From assembly GCA_013265495.1 (NCBI GenBank), contig MU057865.1, positions 1,178,001 through 1,242,000 of the forward strand: a stretch of 64,000 bases of DNA. Reading direction: 5' to 3'. The DNA comes from Vicugna vicugna. Lineage: Eukaryota. This document shows, in pieces, positions 12,712 through 25,799 of this stretch (position 1 is the first letter of the stretch; each line of letters begins with the position of its first letter). The notes below the pieces were generated by a model that saw nothing but the letters and a program-made list of their open reading frames with translations, was not told the DNA's origin and did not search any database. The position numbers were made by a program, and so were the translations under genes.

Positions 12712-13410
12712 GTTTAACTGATTACTAGAAAATGCTGCCGACCGTTTGGGGTTGACTGATCAATGCTAGGATGATTGCATAATCCTGTCGGCGAAGTTAA
12801 CCAATGAGACAAACTGCCTCCCCCGGGAATAAATGGGATGCAAACTTCCAGTGCTCATTGTGAAAACTGTTTATATTAAGTTATTTAATAACGTGGATCA
12901 AAAATACCTGTGTGTTTTCTTATCTGTTGTTTAATTTTTGTTTTATTTTCGGTTTAAGGTTACTTCAGTTACTGCCATGAATCTTTCTCACATAGATAAC
13001 TGAAAGGAAGTGGTGTGCATAAGAATGAGGCAAACGGAAACATTTCAAACTTTCTCTCCCATTCCTTGTGTTCTCTCTGCATCCTCACTCTATCTCAACT
13101 CTTCAACTTCCTAAAGAGCAAATACACACACACATGAATATACATACACTTAAAAAGGAACTTAACTCTAATATGAATCTCCACACAGGTTTGTTTGGTT
13201 TTTGCATACAATATCTTCATTCAGTTCAACAGAATCCTACTGAGACCCACGCCAAGCACTGAGCCAGGTGATGAGGGTCCTTACATAAGAGGATCAGGAT
13301 GCCACGGACATCGTATGAGTAGCACGTAGGTAGCTACACAACTCACCCTTCCCGTATCGCTTGCATGTCAAACTTCTCCTGTACATCTTATACCTTCCCT
13401 TTCATATTGG

Positions 13411-13701
13411 CATTACCAGAGTGGGAAGTGGGTGGGAAGGGATAAATTGGAAGTTTGAGACTTGCAGATATTAACTACTATATATAAAATAGATAAATAA
13501 TAAGTTTATACTGTAGGGCACAGGGAATTATATTCAATATCTTATTGTAACTTACAATGAAAAAGAACATGAAAAGGAATCTACGTATGTATATGTATGA
13601 CTGAAATATTGTGCTGTACGCAAGAAATTGGCACAGTATTGTAAACTGACTGTACTTCAATAAAAAGAATGCACCAATGGTAAACATAGCAAAAAAAAAA
13701 A
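13411..13701 (+). mobile_element. 5'-truncated L1 3' UTR end with A11 tail
   Basis: GGGTGGGAAGGGATAAATTGG...AAAATAGATAAA...GCACAGGGAA...TTGTAAACTGACTGTACTTCAATAAAAA. Same family as 5465 and 29150-29368. Confidence 0.9.
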
Positions 13702-16700
13702 GATTTTTTGACATTAAAAAAAAGGAAATTCAATTATTTTATAGACGCTTAAATCCTTTGGCCAAGAAGCCTTAAAATAAAAGTGTCACTGTAAGTCAAA
13801 GTTAAAACTTTATTTAACAAAGACAAAAAGTGCAGTTAATATCAACTAGTTATCATTTGCTTAACTTTCAAAATATGCTTCAGACAATGGGCAACTTGGG
13901 GACTTTGAAGTTGGCCAAACTGGGACCTGGAGCAGTCACAGGTGTTCCAGAATGTTGGTCAAGTAGACAGAGCTTGAACACAATTAGGATTTGACTCAGC
14001 CAAGGAAATAGGGACAGATTTTTCAAGCAAACTGCCCTTCTCATTCTCAGTTTCTGTCCAAACATATCCATTTTGTTCATCTTTCTTTTTTTTTTTTAAG
14101 CTCGAAGTATATACATACACAGAAAAAAATCAGCCCCAAATTGAACAAAGATTATGACATACCGTGTGACCCACTGTGCACAGAAGGTTCAGACGAGAGA
14201 CAAAGAAAAATAGATTTTAACTTCTGAACTGAGTAGTTATTTTTTTTATGATTGCTTCCCCTGTTTTAATTCGTTCATTTTCCCTTTGCACGTTTGTCTG
14301 GTGCTTCTCTCAGCTAGGTGGGAAGGTAGACAGGCTGGGATGTCCAGACCACAAAGCAGATTTCCCTAGGGTCAAAGCAAATCACTGCGTAAATCAACAT
14401 GCATGAGAACTTCAGTCTCTCAGCCTCAAGAGGACTTTTGAAAACTGACATGCTGGAGCTTTTCAAGTCGCCTTTGTGTAACTTGCCGGGTATTCTCAGC
14501 ATTCCTCCCTCACTACTTCCTACAGAAATGTTAGAAAACTTCAGACAACAGCTTTTGCCTTTGAAATGTTTGGATATTTTTCCACCTACTGCTTTGTTTT
14601 TGAATCTCGACTGCCACAAGCAGCCTTATAAACTGGCTTGCCGGAGCCCGGGGACCGTGCATCCCCAGTCTGCCAAATATAAAGGAGATTTTGCTGAAGA
14701 AGTCTCCTGGCCGGCTCCCCCTACCCTAAAATGAGAATTTGGAAAGGACTCAAAAAAGTCCTCCCTTTCCTCTCAAAAACTGGGCCCAAAGGGCCTTGAA
14801 CAATTTGTAAAACACAACAAAAGGAGTCAAGATAAAAAATCTATATACCCTCTGGCAGGATTTTATGCATTCATCCACAATTTCAGTGGGCATTCTATAG
14901 CTCTGTGGGGGAAGTTGAGCTGCAAGGAGATTCTTCCCATGCTTTTTTTGTTTGTTTGTTCTGAGAAAGGAGCAGTTCCATTATTTAGGAGTTAGACTGA
15001 AAAAAAATGTATCAAAAATCTTCTTTCTGTTTGTTTTAGCTTAAATCATCTGTGAGACAGAGAGGCAGAAGTGGTAATGACATTCAAGGAGGTAATGGGA
15101 TTCAAGGAGATAATGAGGTTGGTACCCTGTTAATGGGAAAGTACTTCGTTTCTCAAGCAAGCGTTCTTCCTCTTGGGGATTGACAGCATCTCCAGACTTT
15201 CCCCCTTCGCTGGTGGAGTGGCTGTAGATGACCAAAGGGTCATTCAACACTTATGGATTGGCCCTTGCTATTTGCTACTTATTCCATTAGCTCTTCTATT
15301 TTCTGAGAATATGAAATTGAATAAAACATTTTGTTTTTGTCTTCAGGAAGCTCCCAATCTGGTGTGAAAATGGATATATAAACAGTTGTAAAGTAGCTGG
15401 ATGAACGCAATGAGAAATCTGGTTTAGTTTGTGTGTGCGTGTTGGGAGGGGAGGAGCCTGCTAAGAAAGATATTTACCAGAATGACGTGTTAATCACGTA
15501 GGTCAGGCAGAGAGGAGGTTGCCAAAGAACTCATAAGCAATGGTATTGCTCCATATGTTTGACTGATGTATGGAGATACACAAACACACACACGCACGCA
15601 CACACACACTTACACACATACACACATACAGTATCTTAAAACAACGGATAAGTAACTATGAAAGTGTTCCTGTTAGAAAACAATATATTTCTAGCACATT
15701 TGACTTTTTAAAAGTCTCTCTCAAAGACTTCATGGGACATTGTAATTATAGGCATTCTTGTTTCTTAAGATAATAAGCTGATTGGGCACAATCGCAAATT
15801 ACATTAAGGACAGAACATTTTGATTTCCAATTTCCAGTTATATGACTTCCAGGTGAATACTCTTTTCAACAAATTGGCTTCCACTAGGAAAAAAAATTAT
15901 TGGAATAGAGACAAAAGAATGATCAAGGTAGAAAATAGAGATATGAGTCAGGATCTGATTAAAGAGATGTAAGTTATGTAAGTTTGGGTAATTTGATTAA
16001 GTGAGGCGTTTAAAGTAAACAGTGGCCTCGTCTTGACATCCTAGTGATGAGACCATCAGGAATCACTTCTAATCAAGTTATAAAGTATAAAAAAAGTACA
16101 ATTAAACAATAAAATAATAGGACATAAAATAGTAATATATTATAAAGCAAATTATAGGCTCACAAGTCCCGAGCATATGGATCACAAGACCCAGTAGAGA
16201 TGGAGAGATTTATAATGAATCAGAAGTGGGAAAAGTTTTAAAGGAAGAAGAAATCAGCAAAAGGCTTAACTGTGGGAAATGGGAACAATATTTCTTCTCG
16301 GAAGTAGCAGGAATGGAAAGGGGGCAAGGTTAATACATATGCTGAGATTTTTAAGTGAATAAGATGGAAACAAAGCTCATTTGGATGGTAGCCAGAGACT
16401 CAACAAGTCTAGACGTTGAACATCCAGGAGTAAATGTGTGAAGGCTGAGGCTTAAGACTGAGAAGACCGGAAAAGGTTTAGAATATCCAGCACAAGAATG
16501 GAACAAAGAGAGATGAACAAAACAGCAGAGCAGGTGAAGATCCAACTCTGCATGGAGAGCAAGGATGGGTAATAGAACCAGTCAGTGTATCGGACACCTA
16601 CAATCACACCAGACCAGAAGCAGAATATACGAGAACAGAAGATAAATGCCCTGGTGTAGAAAATTAGTTTGGACTAATGTGAAAAGTACCGGGTGGTAGT

Positions 16701-16849
16701 GGGGAGAATGACAGTGAAATGGGTGGGTTTCTGAGACGGCAAATCTCAGCTAAGATGAAACGAACTAAGTGACCATGAAGGGGGAAAGAAGCTGTATTTC
16801 TTTTTTTTTCTTTTTATAGAAGAAAATACAATAGAAGTTTAGGAATGAA

Positions 16850-18260
16850 AGTCATGTGTCTGTTGCAATAATCATAATATTTATAGTAAAGACACTAAAT
16901 AATATAAATAACATAGTGTGAACAAATATCTGTAAAGCATAGGTGGCAAAACATTTTAGAAATGTGAGAAAAACTAATGGAATTATAATCATTGCGAAAA
17001 GTTGAATTTACTTCTGTAAGAATTTAAGAGACCAAGCAGAACATTAATATGGATATATAAAATCCAAATGGCAAAACCAATGCAATCAATCTATCAAATG
17101 TAACTACATTGTTATCAACTAATAAAGACATTATTCTGTGCATATGAAAGTTTTAAAAGCCATTATGTACTTGGTCAAACTGGAAATCTTGCTATGTTCT
17201 TCAAAGCAGCGGGTTGACAACCTAAATTCTCTGATCACAATGTTGCATAGACAGAAATGAACAAGAAAAGTCATCACCAAATGACTTTAAATGCTTCTTT
17301 CTTCAAAATAACATGTATGTTTTATCTCAAAACTTAGAGATGTGGCTAAAGGTTTAATGAGGAAAATGTCTAACCTTACAACTTGTGTTACTAAGTAAAA
17401 AATATTGAAAAAACATGCTAGGCCTTCAATATAAGACACTACAAGTAGAAGTACAGTATTAACTAAAGGAAAATAATATAAAAAAAGTAATGGCAACATT
17501 GAAAATTAATGAACAATAAAATAAATTGTGTATTTGATTAATAGAACTAGTTTGTCAAAAAGACAGTTTAAGTAGAGCCCTGAATATAAATATATGTTAT
17601 GTGTGTGATTAGAAATAAGATTTATCTACCTATCTACCTATCTAAACCACAGGTAAAGAAGTCATTTGGATTAAAAATATTACATTTTTATATATTATGT
17701 TAATAACTTATATTAATTATTTGAATATTTGGACTTATATTAATAAACTTGAAAATCTAGCTGATTTTCTATAAAAGTATAATTAAGTTGCTTCAAGAAG
17801 AGTTTAAAAATCTAATGGATGGGGAAGGGTAGAGCTCAGTGGTAGAGTGTATGCTTAGCATGCATGAGGTCCTGGGTTCAATCCCCAGTACCTCCAGTAA
17901 AAATAAGTAAGTAAATAAATAAATAAACCTAATTACCCCCAAAACAAACAAAAAACCCTAAATAGACTTGAAAAAATATAAAAAAAAATTTATTAAATAA
18001 TTGACATTTTAATTAAAGCAAACATAATAAGATTAGAATTTGTTCCAATTTTCTAGAATAATTCCTGAATCATCCAGATTTTTCCAGGGCATAGAAATAG
18101 TTACAAAGACCTCATCAATTTATCAATTCATTTCAGAAAGAAAAAAGTTAGTTTAAAAATGTATCCTCTCTCCCTCTCTCTATATATATATATTTTATAC
18201 ACTTCTCCCCACCAGAAACACTACACACCAGTCTTATTTATAAATCAAAAGGAAATGTCG
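16850..18260 (+). mobile_element. Highly degraded old L1 (L1M) ORF2 remnant, interrupted by a SINE
   Basis: A-rich sequence with residual ORF2-like segments (TTCTCTGATCACAATG, AATAAACTTGAAAATCTAG, ACACCAGTCTTATTTATAAAT). No open frame. Confidence 0.5.
17821..17955 (+). mobile_element. tRNA-Ala-derived SINE (camelid vic-1 type)
   Basis: Pol III A box AGCTCAGTGG, anticodon-like CTTAGCATG, B box GGTTCAATCCC, then TAAA repeats, AACCTAATTACCCCC and an A-rich tail. Confidence 0.9.
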
Positions 18261-18489
18261 TAATAATAGGCTAAAACGCTGAGCTAGTATATCATGTTGC
18301 ACCTGATTTCGCAACTATTAATATGATTCTTCGATTAACCTTCTGGTAACTTAGGTATAGCCATTACCATCCTTGTTTTATAGAAGAGGGGCTCATTCAG
18401 GGAGAGAGGGCGACTCTTCCAGCCCCCCTCAGCAGGTAAAAGTGGAAAGCGGAACCTCAAAGGTGTATGTAGCTCAGCACCTGCTTTGC

Positions 18490-18600
18490 TCCCCAAGGCG
18501 CTCAGCGCCGCGGGGCCCCGGCTGCAGGCTTCATCCTCCCGCGGCTGCCGCGGTTGGCTCAGCGGCGTGTTTTCCCCCGACTGCTGACTTCTGTCAAAAT
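18490..18600. promoter_or_regulatory. Small CpG/GC-rich cluster (possible regulatory element)
   Basis: Dense CpGs (GGCGCTCAGCGCCGCGG, CCGCGGCTGCCGCGG, GCGGCG) in an otherwise AT-rich, CpG-poor neighbourhood. Confidence 0.4.
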
Positions 18601-21600
18601 GTTGACAACTGGACATCCGCACAGTCTCACTGATACTGGTTAGCATGACGCTAGCTCATCTGAGGCAGAATCAGGAGCAAATCATGAAAGACGAGATTCC
18701 AGGGGCCCCAGGTCAGAGCGGGAGGGAAGACTGGGGAGTGGTCATTTATATACACCGGGGACCTAAGCCCCTGAGCGTTTTCAGAGATGGGCAGGAAGGT
18801 GGAGCAGGGCTCGCAGAAACAGACTGTGAGTACACTGCGTTACTCCTTAGGGCAGAGCACAGTGGGGAGGCAAAATTAGCGCTAGGATCACCCGTTAGAA
18901 ACTTTTATTGCTTGCTTCAAAATGCATTTCTTAAGTACATCCTGATACATGTCATTCTTGGCTATTCATTCACTAGATACATACATTTCTTGCTCTTGTG
19001 GAGTGTAAAGCTGATAAGGGGAAGTAGACTGTAAGTAAACAGTAAAAAAACGAAATTTTGTTCTGGTACTGGCTGCTGCGCTAAAGGTCAGCTAACACTT
19101 GGACACACTTTAGGTAATAAGATTCCTGAGAGATTGTTTAAATTTTCCAACCTTATATTTTCTTCAGCAGAATGGACATAATAATATTAGCTGTGTTAAC
19201 TCTGTTATGGTCGTGGTAAGATAATATGTGTGAAGGCATATTTAAAGGAACTAGCATCTCTGTTAGTGAAAGTGATTATTAGTGTATTATTTCCCAGATA
19301 ATCAAAGATAAATATGCTTGAACATTTTAAATTGTTATTTGAAAGCCATGTGGTGATGGTATTTTCATGTTTTTTTTAAATTTAGGGAATAAACTAATTA
19401 CTATTAACATTGCAGTATCACTATGGAATCATTAGAAGATAATGGTAAGGATAAAGAAATCATTGTTGAGCAAGCTATATATACGTAACAGATATTAAAA
19501 GAAATAAATGGTTTCATCATGGTCCATTAGCAATTTTTGTATTTATTCTTATTTCTTTTGCTTTACGTTTTGGCCATTCAACAGGTAGTTAACTGCTATG
19601 AAGATAAGATAAGGGGCCAGAGGATGAGAGTGGAAATTAGACTAATTGCCAGATAATGTATCCATACAGTTCAAAAAGAATTGAAAATAGTTTTATGAAA
19701 CCCTCATTCATGTCAGTTAGCACTAATTGGTGGTAAAACAATCTGCATATGGGAATGAAATTAGAAACCTAGGGGAAAAAAAGTCAAAGCTAACATGAAA
19801 GCAAATTGCATAGCAGACATTACTTACATTATGGTATCAAATAAAGGAAAACATTGCAAGAGAAATGAAGCCACAGGAGTGAAAAAGAAGAAATTTGATT
19901 TCCGTTTGCACGTCCAAACGCCTTTTACTTAGATGCAAATCTAAAGGCTTAACATTTGACCCTTCTGAATTTGCTCATTCCCCCCTTTCCCATTAGTTTA
20001 ATTGACTCTATCTTAAAAGCAAACATCATTTTTGTAAATACTTTGATGGAAATGATTGTCTCATTACATAATTCTATGAATATCTTAATAGCATCCTCGG
20101 ATGAGAAACAGGATATTATAATGAGGCCTTGTAGGCAGAAGCAGAAGGATGTAGTATTTGCTGTCTTAAGGATGATTTAGGATAGATTTTGGGCAGATTG
20201 TAAACTATGAAAATCCTAGAATCCGGAGAAAATACAAAACTGTCTCCTCGAAGACTGATGGGCACCTGTTACCTCATCACCTGAAAATACAGGCATAATC
20301 CTAAAATGATAATAACACCTCACATCTATGTATTATTTTGTAAAAACAGAACACTTTCATATATATTACATATATATTTTCTTTTCGGAAGAATTTTGAG
20401 CCTTAAAAATAACCATAGAATACACAAATTTAAAATTAATTTCCACAAACAAAACCAGGAAAAATATCACAGACACTGTACAATAGTATTGCTTTCTCTT
20501 CACTTGAGGTTTGTCCATAAATTAATTTACTCTTCTAGCTTTTTTTTTTCCCCTGACACTTTTACAAACTTCACTATTTTGTAGAAAATGTTTATTATTA
20601 ATACCAGGTAATTGAAAATGTTTTTGTCAATATATTCCCATTCTATTTTAAAATAAATTAACGTTCTTCCATCACAAATGAATACATACAGATTATTAAA
20701 ATCTTGAAAATATGAAAAGAATATAATAAAGAAAAAAATCCCCTCCCCCATCTGTAGTTTACAATAGTAGGAGAATTACGTTTTAAAATAATGGTGCTTT
20801 TACTCCCAGAATTTTCTCTGTACATGTTTGAACTCTGGTATATGCAATATTGGACATATGGAATTCTTAAAATATGTTTACCTACTTTATAAAAGTTTTT
20901 CAATAGTCATTGCAAATTTATAAGTACAACACAAAATCATAGGCTGAAAAGATGCTGTTAAACATCTTCTCCCCAAACACCCCAAATTTTGTTTCTGTAC
21001 AGAGGAATACATGAAAGCAGTCTAAATTTAATGGAAAATCTTAATTTGCTGTCTATATTATGTAAGGGGTGATCCTTTGTTTATTTGCAGTATGACTTCC
21101 TGCATTTTTGAATACATAATGTTTATTCCCCATTCATTTGTCCAAATCCTTGATTGTGAAACTGCTTACTGTGGTAGTCAAGGAGCCACAGATGTCCATG
21201 GGATATCTCAGTTATTTTAAATGTTTGAGGGAAACACAGCATCTATTAAACACTGTCAGCTTGAGTTAGTTCATGGTTTTAACATTACATCACAGGCACA
21301 TCTTTGTAAAACTGAATTTGGTGGGTGATGCTGTGATAAATAGCACATATTTCATTGTAATTATGATTCCACTGGAAACAAGAGTAATAGAATATTCAAT
21401 TAGATTTCAATGTTTGAGAAGTTGCACAGTGCCCGAAAGGTGCGAGCAGCCTATTAGTAAGTAATGGTGATTATTTAAGAATGAAACTAAAATATTATCA
21501 TTTTAAAGTTTCTGTATTTTTTGACATTTATAAGTTTTAAAACATGGATACTAAAATTATTGAATCTAACTTCTTAAAAACAGGGTTATTAGGTATTCAT

Positions 21601-24566
21601 CTTGGTTTGGATACTATAAAAAATCACTGAAACAATAGGGTGTCATTAGTTTGGGAACCACTGGCCTGGAGCATCAATTCAAATAGTATTTTTCAAAATT
21701 ATTAACTAGTTATAATTGTTTAAATCTTTACACATTTAATATTTATTTGTGATGACTTTACTCATACAAGATAATTGAGCTGGGTATAAAATTTTTAAAT
21801 GTAACCTTTCCCTCTCAAAACACTATAGATCCATTTTCTCTGTTTTAAAACACTGAGTAAAGAGGTACATTCATAAGTCAAAAGTATATTTAGTTATGAA
21901 AAGTTGTTTAGTGTTAGTGATACAGATGTTGTATTTGTACAAAAATATTTACAGAATGGAAACTATAAACTATCTCAATTAATTACAGTATTAATTAATA
22001 AAGTTTTCTTTATGAGACCAGCATTATTAATCTTGAAACTATCAATCACTGAAATAGGGTATGTTTTTGTATAAAGTACATTTTTTTCTCTAAAGAAGCC
22101 ATAGCTTTCATTAGTTTTCCAATGTGTTCCAGCATCAACCCTGCTTTCCACTTTCAGTTTTTGTTCTCACCAAGTTCTATATTTCTACAGCTGCTAAATC
22201 AATAAGTATACATTTTATTTTATTAGAATCATAATATTTTGAACAAAGCCTTTTTTATTTATGCATTTCCTTTATTGTAAACATTCTTCGTGGTACATAA
22301 ATGGAATAAAAGGCATGTGAATGTTTTGTTCAGTCCTCTGATTTTCATACTGAGGTTAAATATGGAGAAAGAAACATCACAAAATTTCTTTTTGGTAAAT
22401 TTAAACATTGTATTGCTTCCTCTGGGGCAAGGTAAGCAGCAATCCTGGGAAATAAATGCTTTTGATCAAACTATTCTGTAGATACTACTATGAATAAAAA
22501 ACTTTAAATAAAGTCCCAGGAAAAAAGGATCCTATAGACAGAGCTTGTTATAGGAAAAGCAATTTGCTATTCTCAACCTTGATCTTTAAAACTGGTTGCC
22601 ACCCTGAGAAGGTTCTGGATCCTCCACGGTTCTGGCATTACCGATGCTGCTAAGACTCAGCATGTTGGTGATTCATCGATATTCATTTACATGACTCATT
22701 TGGGCTCCCGAGGGCCTGTACTTCAGATTCATTTTGACTTTCAGGCATCACTGAACCAAAAATAAAAAGCAAAGAACAGCCAAAACCATAGCATCTCATT
22801 TCATTTTGAGATTGAATTTGGGAATTTGCAAGAGAACTGATCTTGACACAGAGGAATGGCCCTTATTGTTGGGAATTCTTGTAAAAGCCAAGAATCTTTT
22901 CAGGAATTGAGCCTGATGAGTTGGTTGATAACATAGTAAAGAAATCAAGTAAATAGCAGGTGATTATCACCTGGTTTGAGGTTTTGCTGCAAACATTTTA
23001 CAGCATTCTAACTGTGATGTGCATTAGTCACGCTACTGGAGCAGAAAATCAATAAAACGAGGTTCCAAAAGTAAAATATTCTTTTGGAATGTTGCTCTGA
23101 ACTAATTAGCAATGAGTCATTTAAAAGGACTTACCTGTCATTAGGGGAAAAAAAGGTATTTACTAAAACCAGTTTCCTGACAAAACATTTTTTTTTTTGA
23201 GATTGAAGGGGGAAAAAAAAAGATTAAAAACTTTGATTCACAAAGTGACTTTTATTTTGACAATAAATAACACAGAAGTCACATTGTGAAATGAGAAACT
23301 TAATCATTTTTCTGTCAAGTTATTTGTCAAAATATAGAGAGGAGAAAATGATAACTCATAAATAAAAGGTAACTTTCTTTTTTGCTATTTGAAAGTTATA
23401 AAAATAAAAAAAGCTTCATCTGTTGATGATTTGGGATCACATACAAACAGGATAAAAACAGATCACAGTTGCTTGATTTTGAATTTTGTTTGAAGTTCAA
23501 CTTTTTAATAGTTGCTAAGTCCTCCAAGAAGATGGAAATCACTTTTAAACTAATATTTCTTGTATTTTTCATCTTAGAAGTAAAATTAAGTGTTACAAAT
23601 ATATAATCTCCACATGGAGCAAAGTTTCTATCTGCAAACATATACATATTTGTAGATGTATGGATACATATCTATATTAAATTCATATACAGTTAATGGA
23701 TTTAGCATTAAGCCCTCTTTAAATAATTTTTACATTGGTTAGACTTGCTTCATCTGATTTTTTCCATTTCAGCAATTTGTCTTTAAAATATGAAATTTCC
23801 ATTAGTTTTAGAACTAGTTAAAGGGGACATAACATAATCATCTCTAAACATTCCCACTAATAAAAGGCAGGAAGGCACAAATTTGCAGAATTTCATATTA
23901 TTTTATTTAAACAGTTAGGTTTGAAAATGAAATGTACTTCATACTTGTGTTCAAATAAGAGTAGTGCTTCAAATATTCTGAGAATGTCTTCTCCCATCTC
24001 TTCTCTCTCTCTCTCTCTCATTTCCCCCTCTTCCTTTCATCAGACATTCCTGTATTTCATCAGAGAGACTGATTGCTTCTTCTGGACACTGGGGCGTGAA
24101 CTTCCTGACCCCCACACCACCCCATCTCTACCATCACACTCAGGCTCACGCACCTACACCCTATGTGTGTGTGCACATCTGCTGAGTCATGCCCCTGTTG
24201 CAGAATCACTCATCCTCTGGCTCAAGTAAAGAGAGACACAGGAAGGAACAAAGCAAGTCCAGGAGAGGCATCTACCTGAAGACCCGGGTGGAGGGGAATT
24301 CAGAGGAAACTGAAAGAGGGAAAATGGACTAAGGAGGAAAGTGAGCAATAGAGCACACTGTGAAAGGGTAGATAGTAGAGAAAATATCAAATTATGAAGA
24401 TATTTCCTATAAAATATCTGTGGTTTCAAACTTAGACAGAAATTGTCAGGGATGCCTATCAGGCCTGAACATCAGAGCAAGCATTTTTATTGTCCTGTTG
24501 AGAATTATTAATTTAGAAAATAAGTTAGACAATGGATCATATTAAAGACATTGATTTGTTAGTTTA

Positions 24567-24603
24567 TGATGATGATGATGATGATGATAATAATAATAAT
24601 AAT
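24567..24603. repeat. Compound microsatellite (GAT)n(AAT)n
   Basis: Read directly. Confidence 0.95.
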
Positions 24604-25799
24604 GAACAAGCAATCTATGGGATATAAATCCCCTAGTTCATAGGTTGACAGTCTTTCCATCTTACCATTCAACCTTTCGCATTTGCTTCCTTATTCTTCC
24701 CCCAGTTTTTGTCATCCAAAAAAGCTCATGGTGGTGAAAGCATTATTTTAATTCACCATATTTCACATGCTCTTTTAAGATCCACAAGCAAAAGTCTTTA
24801 CAGTTTTGTTTTCTACTGAATCTGCCTACAAGCCATATCTGCTTGCATGTCCTCAGGTCAAAATGACTATTAGAAATTATCTCAGATATTTTTCCTCCAA
24901 AGTCTTGATTGACTCCCCAAATCTTCTATCATTGTGAAAATTAATTTTACTTTACATCACCTAGAAGCAAATCCTTAGAATTACTAATAAACTCCCCTTC
25001 CTCCTTATCAATGTATTTTTATGAAAAATTGTGTTGTATTTTTTTAAATAAAGTTTTTTTTTTATTTATTACATTTCCATAACCACCACTGAATTGTAAC
25101 CTCATTGCATATTCACTTGTGTAGTGCCAATATTTTGATATTTTAATAGGTATGTTTTCCAATATAAATACTTTCTTTTCATGTACAGTTTTTCTTCCTA
25201 ATATCTCCATCTTTTACAACAAATTTGATTATTCATCACTGTAGGAAAGTTGGCCAACACAGAACATCACAAAAATAAATGACCAAGAGTTACTGTATGT
25301 CTGTTGAGCTTTAAAACCCAAGTTCTGAGGATAAATATTAGATTTTAAAGAATATTAGATAAGTAACTTAATTTTATTTTATTTTATTTTTCTGCACCTG
25401 AGGAAATGCACTTACTTGTCTGGAATAAATAAGAAGATATGATTCAGATCTAAAAGAAAGAAGACTCTGCTTTCAATGTGGAATGCTGGTTTTTAGCAGA
25501 GCATAGCTGTCAACTATAAACTCTGAACAATATGCAAAAAGAATTACCTGAAAGCTCTGAAAATGAAAAACAGACTAATTTTGGTGATAATCTAATCTTG
25601 GAGGATGCAGACAGCCTGACATGAGTTTCCCATTGTTAGGGGTTTAGTGTGAGGGCAGACCTCAGATATGGGGTAGTATGGACCAAAATGGCTAAAACTC
25701 TTATAGAAATATAGAGCTCTAGATTCTGCATATAAACTCTGTCCAAATATCTGACTAGTACTTACATCATGTGTGAACAAAGCAGATTTAAAGCAACCT

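Noticed and set aside
17821..17895. tRNA-Ala gene (also 36857-36930)
   Set aside because: Imperfect acceptor stem, no oligo-T terminator, and a shared SINE-specific tail (AACCTAATTAC plus A-rich end).
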